Shown: positions 22,824 through 33,557 of the stretch, one piece after another
How the letters are laid out: each line of letters starts with the position of its first letter
How positions within the stretch are numbered: the first letter of the stretch is position 1
NCBI GenBank assembly: GCA_004764695.1
Contig: SMSO01000037.1
Coordinates: 4,130,747 to 4,194,746 of the forward strand
Length of the DNA: 64,000 nt
DNA from: Schizochytrium sp. TIO01
Taxonomy: Eukaryota > Protista > Bigyra: Labyrinthulomycetes
Direction of reading: 5' to 3'
Made by a program: the position numbers and the translations under genes
The notes under the pieces: generated by a model
Told to the model about the DNA's origin: nothing
Databases searched by the model: none
The model's input: the letters and a program-made list of their open reading frames with translations, nothing else

Positions 22824-24590
22824 ATGTCGCAAGATGCTCGCAGCGGCATGGGCGCCGAGGAGCAGCGTCAGGCGTACGAGGTTGAACGTGCTCGTGTGAA
22901 CGAGCTTTTCACATCAACGGCCATGGGCGACCTTAAGCGTCTGCAGGAGATCTCCAGCGACGGTATGGATCGTTCCCAGATGTTGGGCTACAAGGACGCC
23001 AATGGCCGTAATTTGCTTCATTTCGCCGCATCCCAAGGCCACATTCATGTCTGCGAGTGGCTTCTCGAGGGCCTAGCTAGTGACAAGGCTCAGGCTGACG
23101 CTGTAGACGCCGAAGACTCCCAGGGTGACAGTTGTTTGCGTCTCTCTATCCGCCTTGGCAAGGTTGACGCTGCTAGATTTCTGTTCGCTAAGAGTTCTTT
23201 AAGTTCGCCAGATACCCCCTCGGAATCCAAGATGGAGTCCAAGACGGAGCTCAAACGCAAACCTTCCCTTTTGCATGAAGCCGCCAGCTCCGGTAATGTT
23301 GAGATGGTCCGCGTGGCCCTTGACGAGTTTGGTCAGCGGGACTGCATCAACCAGCGTGCCAGCGCTGGCCCCCCGCTCTTTTGGGCTGCATTTGATGCGA
23401 ATGTCGAGATGGTCAAGGTACTGCTTAACGCTGGGGCGGACCCAAACGTTCGCGACGATGAGGGTCACTCAGCCCTGCTTGTCGCGGCCACTCGAGACGC
23501 TGCTGACGTTGTCCGCGTGCTGTTAGAGAGCGGAGCGGATATCACCGTGGCAAACCAACAGCAGGGCGAAACCACAGTGGTACACGCCGCCGCAGCTGCA
23601 GGAGCTGAAGAGACTTTGCGCGCGATTGCAACAACAAACCCCGAGGGCTTCGAGGAGGCACTTAACAAGGAAGCGGATGGCTTTAAGCCTCTGGAGCTTG
23701 CTGCCTACTGCGGCCACGAGTCAACCGCGAATCTGATTGCATCGCTGGCAAAGGGCGAATCAACAGATGATGTTTCAGAATTGTGCAAGGAAATGAAGCA
23801 GAGACGCGAACAAGAGGCTGCAGACGCTGCCCAAGACCTTGAGGATGGCCTAAAGGCGTGCGAGAATGCACGGAATGAGGGCAATGAGAAGTTCAAGGCT
23901 GGTGACCTTGAGGGAGCCATTGAAGCCTACACGGCTGGTGTGGAAATGGCTATGGTGCTGATGACTAAGTTCAATGCACGCCAGATGCGCCTTGGAGGTG
24001 CAGATGCTACCTGTGAGGCTCAGCTGACAACCATTAAGGAGGAGGCTCTCGCGACGCTTCTCTGTAACCGCTCTGCATGCATTCTCAAGCTTGGAGATGC
24101 CGAGTCAGCCCGCGATGATGCCCAGCAAGCAGCGGAGTTGCGTCCTACATGGCCCAAATCCCACTTTCGTCTTGGACAGGCTCTCGCTGTGCTCGGAGAG
24201 AATGCAGATGCTGCTCAGGCCTTTTGGACTGGTTACGAGTTAGCCCCGAAAGAGCCCGGTGCGGCTGCTCTTCTTGCGCTGTTTAAGCAGTGCGTGGCTA
24301 AGGCCAAGAAGCAACACAACAATGAGACAGATTCCACCACAGAAACTGAGGCAGAGCCTGCTGCTGCGGCGGCCCCTGCTGCACCCGTAAACTATCAGCA
24401 CAACCTTCCCGTGGAGATCCCCACGGATAGCAGCCCAGACGCCCCTTTGCGCGAGCTTTCTCTGCGATTTAATAATGGCGAGGATCCTTTTCGCGTTGCA
24501 GCCCGTTTTGTGCAGGAGTATAACCTTGATGGTTCCCTCGTGCACCGCATTGCGCACCATGTGCATGAATACATGAACCAGAGCGCTTAA
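22824..24590 (+). CDS. Ankyrin-repeat + TPR + C-terminal PFU-like ubiquitin-binding domain protein
   Basis: ANK: GRNLLHFAASQGHIHVCEWLL, LLHEAASSGN, LFWAA...LLNAGADPN, GHSALLVAA. TPR: ARNEGNEKFKAGDLEGAIEAYT...LLCNRSACILKLG...PTWPKSHFRLGQA. PFU-like: YQHNLPVEI...LSLRFNNGEDPFRVAARFVQEYNL...RIAHHV. Confidence 0.85.
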   Translation: MSQDARSGMGAEEQRQAYEVERARVNELFTSTAMGDLKRLQEISSDGMDRSQMLGYKDANGRNLLHFAASQGHIHVCEWLLEGLASDKAQADAVDAEDSQGDSCLRLSIRLGKVDAARFLFAKSSLSSPDTPSESKMESKTELKRKPSLLHEAASSGNVEMVRVALDEFGQRDCINQRASAGPPLFWAAFDANVEMVKVLLNAGADPNVRDDEGHSALLVAATRDAADVVRVLLESGADITVANQQQGETTVVHAAAAAGAEETLRAIATTNPEGFEEALNKEADGFKPLELAAYCGHESTANLIASLAKGESTDDVSELCKEMKQRREQEAADAAQDLEDGLKACENARNEGNEKFKAGDLEGAIEAYTAGVEMAMVLMTKFNARQMRLGGADATCEAQLTTIKEEALATLLCNRSACILKLGDAESARDDAQQAAELRPTWPKSHFRLGQALAVLGENADAAQAFWTGYELAPKEPGAAALLALFKQCVAKAKKQHNNETDSTTETEAEPAAAAAPAAPVNYQHNLPVEIPTDSSPDAPLRELSLRFNNGEDPFRVAARFVQEYNLDGSLVHRIAHHVHEYMNQSA

Positions 24591-25205
24591 GATGCTGTAA
24601 TATGAAAGCATGGACTCTATCTACCCGGTCTACATGTTTTTCAAGGTTAGTCAAAGCTATTTTCTGTGAATAGTACCTGCATAATGCTATGATACGCCCG
24701 AACCTCATCTAGATTCATTCAAACAACTTGAACTTGAACTGATATACCTATTAGTAGTACTATTTTTTTCTTCAATAAACTTCTCCTCGAAACCCTTGGG
24801 GGCTACTCTTTTGCTCGTTGTTTCCATCCAATATTGTGTCCACGTAACGCTTGTGCACGTCACGTGTCATACCTCATGATAGTAATTCGTCGTTGGAGCG
24901 TAGAAGTATGGCCCTAGCTCAGTGATGGAGTTTGATTTGACTTGGACTTTTACCGAACTTGAAGAGAGAGAGCAGTGATAGGAGTACCCCACTTGTGCTG
25001 GTTGTTAGTATGAACATTTTCTATTGAATTTTAAGAGCGACACACAACTTCCTCTTAGACTTAAGAGCTACGCAATATGCAAATTTACGTTCCCCGGCAT
25101 ATAGGCCCTTCAAGTTCCGCAACGCTCCCACTCCCATCCAAATTTACTGTTTTCAGAGACTTCCACCTGGCGACAAAAAGCCCCTTAAATCAATTCTCAA
25201 GTTGA

Positions 25206-25280
25206 TGACGTCAGTCCACGTGCAACAACACTCTGCATTGTCACGTCACAATGCAGGAGACAATGATACCACTGACGTGG
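25206..25280. promoter_or_regulatory. Cluster of ACGT-core motifs (TGACGTCA, CACGTG, CACGTCA, TGACGTGG) with a 24-bp near-palindrome
   Basis: TGACGTCA 25206-25213; CACGTG 25217-25222; CTGCATTGT-CACGTC-ACAATGCAG 25233-25256; TGACGTGG 25273-25280. Function is inferred only. Confidence 0.35.
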
Positions 25281-25521
25281 CACTCACTAGAACTACTATC
25301 GGAGAGCTTATCTCTGTAAACCACGACCACAATGACCTCAATGTCAACCATCAACTGCTATCATATGATAGGTGTGCATGCTCTTCGACTTGAGAGCGAG
25401 CATTAATCATGCCTGCCAACCTGAGTTTTCCAAAAGTCGGCACTCTGCAGGCACGTATAGCGAGAGAGTTTTGCAGGTGCTCTCAGGTTGCGATGTTCAA
25501 CTCCTTCAAGGCTAGGCTAGG

Positions 25522-25596
25522 TAAGGCGACCAAAATCAGGAAGAACTAAGGCGGCCAAAATCAGGGAGAAGTAAGGCGACCAAAATCAGGGAGAGC
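25522..25596 (+). repeat. 25-bp tandem repeat x3 (TAAGGCGACCAAAATCAGGGAGAAG consensus)
   Basis: Units start at 25522, 25547 and 25572, with few mismatches. Confidence 0.85.
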
Positions 25597-26877
25597 AGTC
25601 AACTCGGCGTGCTCGGGAACCTCCGAACGTGAGTTCAATTGCGTTTCGAAACGAGAGCACTGCTGAGGTTCCGGAAGCCATTTCTCATATCATGCACACG
25701 GGACTACATCGCCATTACTCTTTCTCTAGAAGTAGAAGTCGAATCGGTCAATCATTTAATCAATCATTTACTCAATCAATCCATCGCTCAAAGTTTTCAC
25801 AGACTTACAGAAATGAAAACAAAAGCAAATGCTTAAAACCTTATGTTTATTTATTTGTTTGTAAAAATAAGAAAAAGAAAAAGAAAAAGAAAAAAAGTCT
25901 CCATGTGTCTACGTCTCGATCGTGACCAGGCTCTGGCTAGCGAAGCCGGGAGGTCTCCAGGCCACGCTCTAGCTAGGGGCTACGCGGTTTCCCTGTCCTC
26001 AGCGCAGCCGAAGGTCTCGAGAAGCTAATGGCCGAGGTCCGTGCTGGACTGCTTGAAGGCATTAGGCCCCGTTCCATTGAGGTTTCCAGTCAATTCCGCT
26101 CTCATGTAAACGTTCTTATTTCAAGAGTTTGAGGGATGCGAAAAGAAGGTCCTGAAGAATAAGACAGAAAGTCACTCTCGTCTCAGGGAAGCGGATGCCG
26201 TGGCCACAAGACGAGGCCTGTGCTGGAGACAAAATCAATCCTTGGGCGATTGTAGAAGCTCCGCGGCTCTGGTTCCGTTGGTGCTGCAAATGGATGCTTG
26301 ACTCGAGATAAAAGAACAGAAAAAGGTTTATAAGTAAGAAGGGATACTCGAATAATGAAGGAGCGTAAGAGAAGCAAGCACTCACTATCAAATTAAATTC
26401 GAAAGACTCGAATCCACGTCGCTGCCTGTGCAAGCAAAACCCAATCTCTGCGCACAGCGTTTGGCAGGGAACAGGGGAAGCATACCTCTCTGTCTTTACC
26501 CGGCCGCTCATACGCGAGAGTCTGGTCTTGCGGACGCCGAAGAAAGTCTGCAGCGACCGACGTAGGATCGATCAGTTGCTCGTCTAAAAGGAGATTTCAC
26601 ATCATATAGACAGACTTGAGAAGCTTGGTGTTTGCCAGGGTTGGGGAGATTACTTTGGAGAACTTCTTAGGAGTCTGGGCCTGGTTGCTTAGCAGCAGCT
26701 GTTCCAGCTTACGGTGAAAAGAAGCTCCAGAATTTGGGATCACTCGGTTGGACAACTCGAAGAGTCAAAAAATATTAAAGCCATTGTTATTATACAGAGC
26801 CAGTGGTCTGAGAACTTATCTCATTTGCTTGTTACAGCTTGTCAGCATCAAATTTTAGAAGCAAGCAAGCTCGAGCG

Positions 26878-28188
26878 ATGCAATGGGAATTTGATAACAA
26901 CAGCTCTCCAGGAGCTCTGCCAGTGTGGACGCCTTGTGCATCCGAGATGGAGAAGCATCTGAATGCGCTTGTTGCCGCGAATAAGACCTCAGATCGTGTT
27001 TACGTAGGTCGTTTTGAGTATCTGCTAGAGCTCATGCCCAATATGCGACAAACGAATCTACGTACTGGGAGGTCTCGTGCTCTGCGACTTGCTCAAAGCC
27101 AGCAAGGAGTCTACGGTCATCAGCTACTACCCCAGCACCAACAAATGCAGTCAATACATGGTCATATGCAAGCAGCAATATCATACGAATCATCTCCTTA
27201 TTCCTCATATCCTTATTCCACTCCGTTATACAATGTGCAATACCCAATGAACGTCGAATCTCCACCCATGTTGACCAGCGCAGCGGCCGTTAAATCTTCG
27301 AGGCGGGAAAAACGAAAGGCCAGCCGCAGTATGCGAGAGGACGACCTAAGCGAGGTTGTGTACTCTGGGCAGCGTCAGAGCGATACTGTTAACCATCATC
27401 ATGTCTGGGAGCGGATGGAGTTCATGAAGTCAAAGGATCTTCCTGCGAACGAGCATTGCCATATTTGCCTGCTTGAATTTGTAGACGAAGATAGTAACAA
27501 TGGCTCGAGTACCGACCACCTTCCCAAAGGAGGGGGAGACAGTGACGTCGATTTTGTGTCATCAAACAAAAATGGTCGATCCGACTCTAAAGAGGAAGAA
27601 AAGGAAGAGGTTTTAGACTGCATTAAACTCCCAAATTGCCATGGACATTACTTTCATGCCGAGTGTATCCAAAAATGGTTTGAATTGAAGCCCAAATGTC
27701 CTTCATGTGGTCATTTCTATGGTGAGGAGATCGGTACTCAGCCTCTTGAGGGAACAATGTTGTCTCAAAAGTCTCCATCATCTCTGCCCGGCTACCCAGA
27801 CTGTGGTTCTATTGAAATTTCCTATCATTTTCCAGACGGCACACAGGGGCCAGAACACCCGAGCCCTGGCGAGCGGTATTTTGGAACCTCGCGTAGCGCA
27901 TACTTACCAGATAATGAGCAAGGCCGTAAATGTCTCAAACTTTTACAACAGGCTTTTCGCAATCGCGTGTGTTTCACAGTTGGCACTTCTCTAACAACAA
28001 ACCGCTCAAATGTAGTTATTTGGAATGGAATCCACCACAAAACCTCTCGAGGTGGAGGACCAACCTGCTTTGGGTACCCGGATCCTACTTATCTGAATCG
28101 ATTGGAACTCGAATTAGCTAGCAAAGGAGTTACTGAGGCTTCCGTAAAATTTTCTCAGGGAACTGCGAAACCAAAGGTCCGAAACTAA
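26878..28188 (+). CDS. Deltex-like E3 ubiquitin ligase: WWE + RING-H2 + Deltex C-terminal (DTC) domain
   Basis: WWE: WEF...WTP...YLLEL..MRQTNLRTGRSRALR. RING-H2: CHIC...CHGHYFHAECIQKW...CPSC. DTC: GTQPLEGTM...LPGYPDCGSIEISY.FPDGTQGPEHPSPG..Y.GTSRSAYLPDN..G...FTVGTS.TT...VIWNGIHHKT...FGYPDPTYL. First ATG at 26878; a possible acceptor TTACAG at 26838 means an upstream exon cannot be excluded. Confidence 0.9.
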   Translation: MQWEFDNNSSPGALPVWTPCASEMEKHLNALVAANKTSDRVYVGRFEYLLELMPNMRQTNLRTGRSRALRLAQSQQGVYGHQLLPQHQQMQSIHGHMQAAISYESSPYSSYPYSTPLYNVQYPMNVESPPMLTSAAAVKSSRREKRKASRSMREDDLSEVVYSGQRQSDTVNHHHVWERMEFMKSKDLPANEHCHICLLEFVDEDSNNGSSTDHLPKGGGDSDVDFVSSNKNGRSDSKEEEKEEVLDCIKLPNCHGHYFHAECIQKWFELKPKCPSCGHFYGEEIGTQPLEGTMLSQKSPSSLPGYPDCGSIEISYHFPDGTQGPEHPSPGERYFGTSRSAYLPDNEQGRKCLKLLQQAFRNRVCFTVGTSLTTNRSNVVIWNGIHHKTSRGGGPTCFGYPDPTYLNRLELELASKGVTEASVKFSQGTAKPKVRN

Positions 28189-28856
28189 AGTACATAACCA
28201 AATGTGTGGTCTGTTGCGTGGTACTCTCAGGCTGAATGGGAATATGTAAGCATTAAACTTACATAATCTGTATGACGTTTTGATGCTAAGGTCTCCGCAC
28301 GCAAATGTAGTCCGCAGTAAAATTAGTCGGTGGTGAAAGATCGAACGTACAAAAGATCGAACGAAACATCCTCTTGATTGGAGTTGGTACTTTCGGTTTC
28401 CTTGAGAAGAGAGTATGACAGATTACAATTCATTTTAAAAGCATGCAAGCAAAGTCGCACACCTTGTGGGTATTTGATCATTGCTCAAGGATGCTTGCAT
28501 GCTTCTCGAAAAGCTGCTGTATTTGGTTGCTTTGCAAGATAAAAGGTTCAAAGTAAATTAAGAGTCTACAGGATTTTAATATAACGTTGCATAGTCTTTA
28601 CATTCATTCGCTTGCTTAATTAGGCTTTCAAGGTATTTTTTTCTCCAATAATCAAAGCGCCGCCTCAAACATGTGAGAGCAGCGTCAGTAGGTCTTGCAT
28701 ATGTACATGTGCAAAGGCTATGTGTGCACGTGCTTGCATGTATTTCGTGTAGACAGTGTCTTTTATTTTATTCACGTCATTACAGGATTTTCTGTTTTTG
28801 CAATCGTAACGAGGCACCAGCTCTGTTTGTAACAACAGAGGCCTCCAAAAAGCTGA

Positions 28857-29617
28857 TCACTCGAACTTTTTCCACGAATCTGGTACATTTACTGCAGTAT
28901 GCGTAAGCCAGAATTGCTGGCCTGTGGATGGATTCACAAAAGTAGTAGAACAAATCTCATCTTTGTCACTAGCGCAACTCGAAAGCGTTGGACTTGCCCG
29001 TGTGGGACTGCAGAATTGCTGGTTAGTGCGCCGTTGTTTTGCCTCTTTTGCAATGAGGTCGATGCGCTGCTGAAGGGTTAAGGATGAGTCGAGGACAGTG
29101 TCCTCATCTCTTGCATTCGGCGCCATAGGGACCTGTGGCTGTGAACAAGTTGCCAGAGATTCGTAGTCCTAAATTTGCTCCAGGTAGTGTTTTCCCTTAA
29201 TTGTGATAAAGTAAATGCACGCAGAATACCCTTGAGCGTCGTGGTGCCAACTTGCACAACTTGTAAACACAGTAGCAGAACTTGACAATGCACAAGCCAA
29301 AAGATAGCTTGCACAAAGCAGAATTATCCTTGAAGTCTGCAACCTTATGAGCTACAGGAATTTCAATGCTGGGGTTTGCTGCACAACTGTATACGAAGGA
29401 AGTGCTTACACTGTGTTGAGAAGCACCAGAACTAAATAATTTTAAGATCTCGCAATAGATGCGAAATTGGATCAATATTTTCAAGTGAGCCACTGTTTAC
29501 AAGCGCAGCGTTTTGCCAAGTATGTTCCAGTTGCGTTTTGTTTGCTAGGGAGGCGTATTTGTCCCCTCGCTTGCCCGCCGTGTAGTCTCGCTTGAGGCTG
29601 CTTTTATGTTCTGGTTT
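28857..29617 (-). pseudogene. Possible decayed gene of unknown family
   Basis: Strong acceptor (TTCTCTTTCTTTTTTAG) at 29618, then protein-like reading across three frames with an in-frame TAG before MAPNARDED...WKKFE*. Confidence 0.25.
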
Positions 29618-31817
29618 CTAAAAAAGAAAGAGAACTTGCTTGAACTACTCCACCCTTGGTATCAATCAGACTATCAGGTCACGTCTACACGAGTGTATCT
29701 GTTTACAATCTTGTATTGAAGTTGCTTCCCTACGCCGCCTGCACTCTATTTGCTCGTGTCAATCTTGCTATGCTGATCCGCTTGCTGACTAAGGCTCGTT
29801 GTCGTTATTAAGTGTACTAACTAGTCTTAGCACCGGACACTAGGTATAAAGAGGAAAAGGGAATCCTTGCCGTGGCAAGGATAACAGGACTGCACGTAAG
29901 ACAGGAGCGAGCTGATCAGCGCTGACTTCCGCGCCAATTTCTTTGGGTATTCTTCAGAGATGTTGACCTAGACTTGAGCTCAGCTGTCTCTTCGTGGTTC
30001 ACCGTAGTATATCCAGGAAATGTCGTCTCACTTGTACGAACAAAAGAAGGGTAACGCAGAATAACCAGTTGGACTGCGTACAAATTCGCGCGCAGCCAAG
30101 ATGGACTAGAAAAAAGATTCGTCTGTTCAAGTCCACTATACCAGTCCACATGCCAACGGGTGCGAGCGAGCCTGTGTATAGCTTTGACCGCAGAACTTCA
30201 ACGGCCGAAGTGTCAGTCTTTCTTTTTTCAGTTCTTACACAATTCATCATTTATCTATGAATATACTGAACGAACTCAATAGCAGAATCATCTATCTACT
30301 TGTTGAGGACTTAGCAGCACTCACTTTATCTGCTTTGTACATTTCACTATTATGCTTACGCAATGCGTTTCAAGTGTGTTCACTTCTCTTTGCCCATTTC
30401 ATAACATATTTATTACCTGGTACTAGAAGCTTCTTGGTACTTAATCTTTCCTTTGATCTTAGGATTTGTCTACTTCGTCTGATCGACTTGTAGATCTAGC
30501 GCTTAGCGTGTTCGAGCTCGCAAGTCTTCCCTACTTTGTTCACCATTCAGCCGACCGCCTTTGCCTTCCTGCATTTAACAATTTAGCGCCCCTCTTAAGG
30601 CTCAGGCGGCTTTATCCACCCTCTTACTAGTAGGGTTGTCCATCCCCCGCCTGCTATGAACAAAAACGCTTTTAGGTATATCAACAAATTGACTGTAACA
30701 ATTCATTTTACTTATCAAAAAGAATGAAAAAAGAAAAAGTCTAGCTAGTACTGGATTTACCCCCCGCGCGTGATCTTGGAGGTTTTGCACCTTTATGGCA
30801 ATTTTTTGTTCTTGCGTTTCGAAAGCTATGCTGTACAGCACTATACTGCAGCGCATTGACAGCAGGAGATGTGCGGTTACTTTGCACTTTCGACTTGATA
30901 ATCAACAAGTTAGGTACTAGTATCGGCGCAGTTTACTATTTATATATGATGTATTTTTAATAAAATAAAATAAAATAAAATAAAATAAATAAAACTAAAA
31001 GAGAAGGAAATTGTGAGAGATAGTGACGCCATTCTTGACATCTCCATCCAAGAACATTCAAGATTATCGCGAGGCTAGGCATCGCCCAATCGGACAGCTT
31101 GTCAGCATTTCTATGTGCTTCATTTCACTGTGCATTAACCTCATCAAGAAGTTTCGGCTAGCAAAAGGGAGATTTCTTCTTTTTCCTCGCAGTTCAGTTC
31201 ACGGCGCCTTCCTTAAAATCCACCGCGCCGCACAGACCAAAACTACTACAATTACACTGCCAATGAGATCGTTATCCCTTCTCACCCGCGCCGCGAACAG
31301 ATCAATGAGACAGAAGCTCAAATTTGATCTTCGCAGCAGAATTAACCTAAGAAACCGAAACAGGAAAGAAACAGAAACGATCCGTTGAGCTTGCGTTCTT
31401 GCGTTCTCCTTTTGGTTGTTCCATATTTGTTCCACTTAGGATCCATGATGGTTCTGTGAAGGTTCCGCCATGCTTCTCCCTTGGCAAACCTGCTTGTTGC
31501 TTTGAACCCGATTATTCTTCAGTGTAAAAGGTTATACTTTACAGTATCGCATCTATACTTCACTGTATGAATTTGTTTGCATGAACTCTTCTCTATTGTG
31601 TAATTGATTGAGCTTTCGATAACTTGGGCTAGTGGTGGTGGAGGCGACCCAGACTCGCGAGGCGAGCGTACGGAGGACCGTCGCCACACACCTCTCCGTC
31701 GCGCTCGGTGTTAGTGCTTTATCTTCACTGATATAACTGGCTGACTTTAGCGATCTACAACTTCTTTGTGTGGACTTCAGCGAGGCGGAGCGTGTACTTT
31801 GCCTGGTCGTTGCCAAA

Positions 31818-33557
31818 ATGACGACCATGCGATGCCATTATGAGGTGCTTGAGGTGAGTCGCGGCGCCGAAGCAGACGAACTCAAAAAGCAGTATCGCAA
31901 GATGGCACTTCGCTGGCACCCGGATAAAAACCGTGATAACCTTGAGGAGGCTGAACATCGCATCAAGGAGATCAACGCCGCATATGAGGTGCTCAGTGAC
32001 CCGAACGAACGAGCTTGGTACGATGATCATCGTGACGCAATTTTGCGCGGAGGCGATGGAACTGCTGGAGCAGATGGAACGGAGAGCATGACACCCAATT
32101 TGTGGACATACTTTAGGTCTTCTTGCTTCGAAGGCTTTGAAGATGACGATAACGGGTTCTATGCTGTTTACAGACGCGCCTTCGAGGAGATCATGAAGGT
32201 AGAGATTGACTCCGGTGTGGGTAATGTAGACCCAATGCCGGGCTTTGGTACGTCGGCGTCGTCTGACGAAGACGTCGATAATTTCTACTCGCGCTGGAGC
32301 TCATTCACCTCGAAACTCAGTTTTGGGTGGGCTGATCTTTATAACCCCAACGAGGCCGTCAATCGGTACCAGCGGCGTCTCATTGACAAGGAGAACCAGA
32401 AGGCTCGCAACTCAGAGCGTCGTACGTATAACGACCAGGTTCGCAGTCTTGTGAACTATGTCAAGAAACGCGACAAACGTGTTCTTCTGCTAGAAGTCGC
32501 CCGTCAGAAGGAGCGCGAACGCAGGGAGCGCGAACGCTTGGCTGCTCTTGACGAGAAGAAGCGCCTTCGTCGGGAAGCGCGAGAGCAGTGGATGCAAACA
32601 TACGAAGAAGACATGGCACAACAACTTGCTGAAGCGGAAGCTAGCGGTAAGAAGTTGTTTCGTCTTGCAGACGAACACGATGAGGCCGAAGCTGAGGCTC
32701 GTGCTCAGGCGGAGAGCGACGACGAGCTTGTCGTATGGCATTGCGAAGCTTGTACCAAGGATTTCAAGTCTGAGAAACAGCTCCGCAATCATGAGAATTC
32801 AAAAAAACACAAGGAAGCACTGAAAAAGATGCAAAAAAATATACAGAAAGAAGAAAAACTATTGCAAGAAGCTATGGAGCGGGAGCAAGCTGCTCTTGAG
32901 GCTGAAATGGAAGCCCAAATGGCTGCTCTCGAACTTCAAGAGAGTAACGCGGGCGTGGAAGGTGTAGATAACGGCGAAGACGAATCTGAGAATGCTTCTG
33001 ATGCTTCTGAAGGCGAAGTGGATGGGGAACATGTGGAAGGTGAAGAAAGTGAGCAATCAGAGGAAGACTCTGATGATAGTGATAGTGAGCCCGATTTTGG
33101 CGCTTTTGGTAACTTTGCTCGTGACGACTCCAGTGATGAGGAGGAAGAGGAATCTGAGAGCGAAGAGGAGGACAATAAAGTGACCTCTGATTCAAGCCCT
33201 AAGCAGGACCAAGATGATAAAGATAAGGATGGCGATGACGATGGCGAAAGTGAGAATGATGAAGATGCTGAGGATGGTGGCGATGATGATGTAGAACCGC
33301 CGTTGGCCCCTGCTGCAACATCTGGTACCAAGTCAGCTGGATCAAAAAAGAAGAATGCTGCTTCGGGAAAATCATCGGGTGTCTCTGCTGAGAAGACAGA
33401 TCATTTCTGTGTGGTGTGTAGTACATATTTTACGTCCCGAAACAAGCTCTTCCAGCACATTGCCGCTACAAATCACGCCGTTGCGCCTGATGCTGTCAAG
33501 GCAATTGCTAAGGGCAAGTCAAAGAAGGGGAAGAAGAAAGGGAAGGGTCGCAGCTGA
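31818..33557 (+). CDS. DNAJC21: DnaJ homolog subfamily C member 21 (Jjj1-like) co-chaperone
   Basis: J-domain with HPD (ALRWHPDKN...[16 protein letters not shown]), the conserved GFYAVY...FY..WSSF...VKKRDKR region, two C2H2 zinc fingers (CEAC...HENSKKH; CVVC...HIAATNH) and an acidic linker. First ATG at 31818. Confidence 0.9.
   Translation: MTTMRCHYEVLEVSRGAEADELKKQYRKMALRWHPDKNRDNLEEAEHRIKEINAAYEVLSDPNERAWYDDHRDAILRGGDGTAGADGTESMTPNLWTYFRSSCFEGFEDDDNGFYAVYRRAFEEIMKVEIDSGVGNVDPMPGFGTSASSDEDVDNFYSRWSSFTSKLSFGWADLYNPNEAVNRYQRRLIDKENQKARNSERRTYNDQVRSLVNYVKKRDKRVLLLEVARQKERERRERERLAALDEKKRLRREAREQWMQTYEEDMAQQLAEAEASGKKLFRLADEHDEAEAEARAQAESDDELVVWHCEACTKDFKSEKQLRNHENSKKHKEALKKMQKNIQKEEKLLQEAMEREQAALEAEMEAQMAALELQESNAGVEGVDNGEDESENASDASEGEVDGEHVEGEESEQSEEDSDDSDSEPDFGAFGNFARDDSSDEEEEESESEEEDNKVTSDSSPKQDQDDKDKDGDDDGESENDEDAEDGGDDDVEPPLAPAATSGTKSAGSKKKNAASGKSSGVSAEKTDHFCVVCSTYFTSRNKLFQHIAATNHAVAPDAVKAIAKGKSKKGKKKGKGRS

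Noticed and set aside
24908-24960. tRNA-like 5' start (GGCCCTAGCTCAGTGATGGAG)
   Set aside because: D-arm-like only; no anticodon stem, no GTTCRA T-loop and no acceptor pairing.
25522-25596. Possible CRISPR array
   Set aside because: Units are directly tandem with no unique spacers, there are no cas genes, and the context is eukaryotic.
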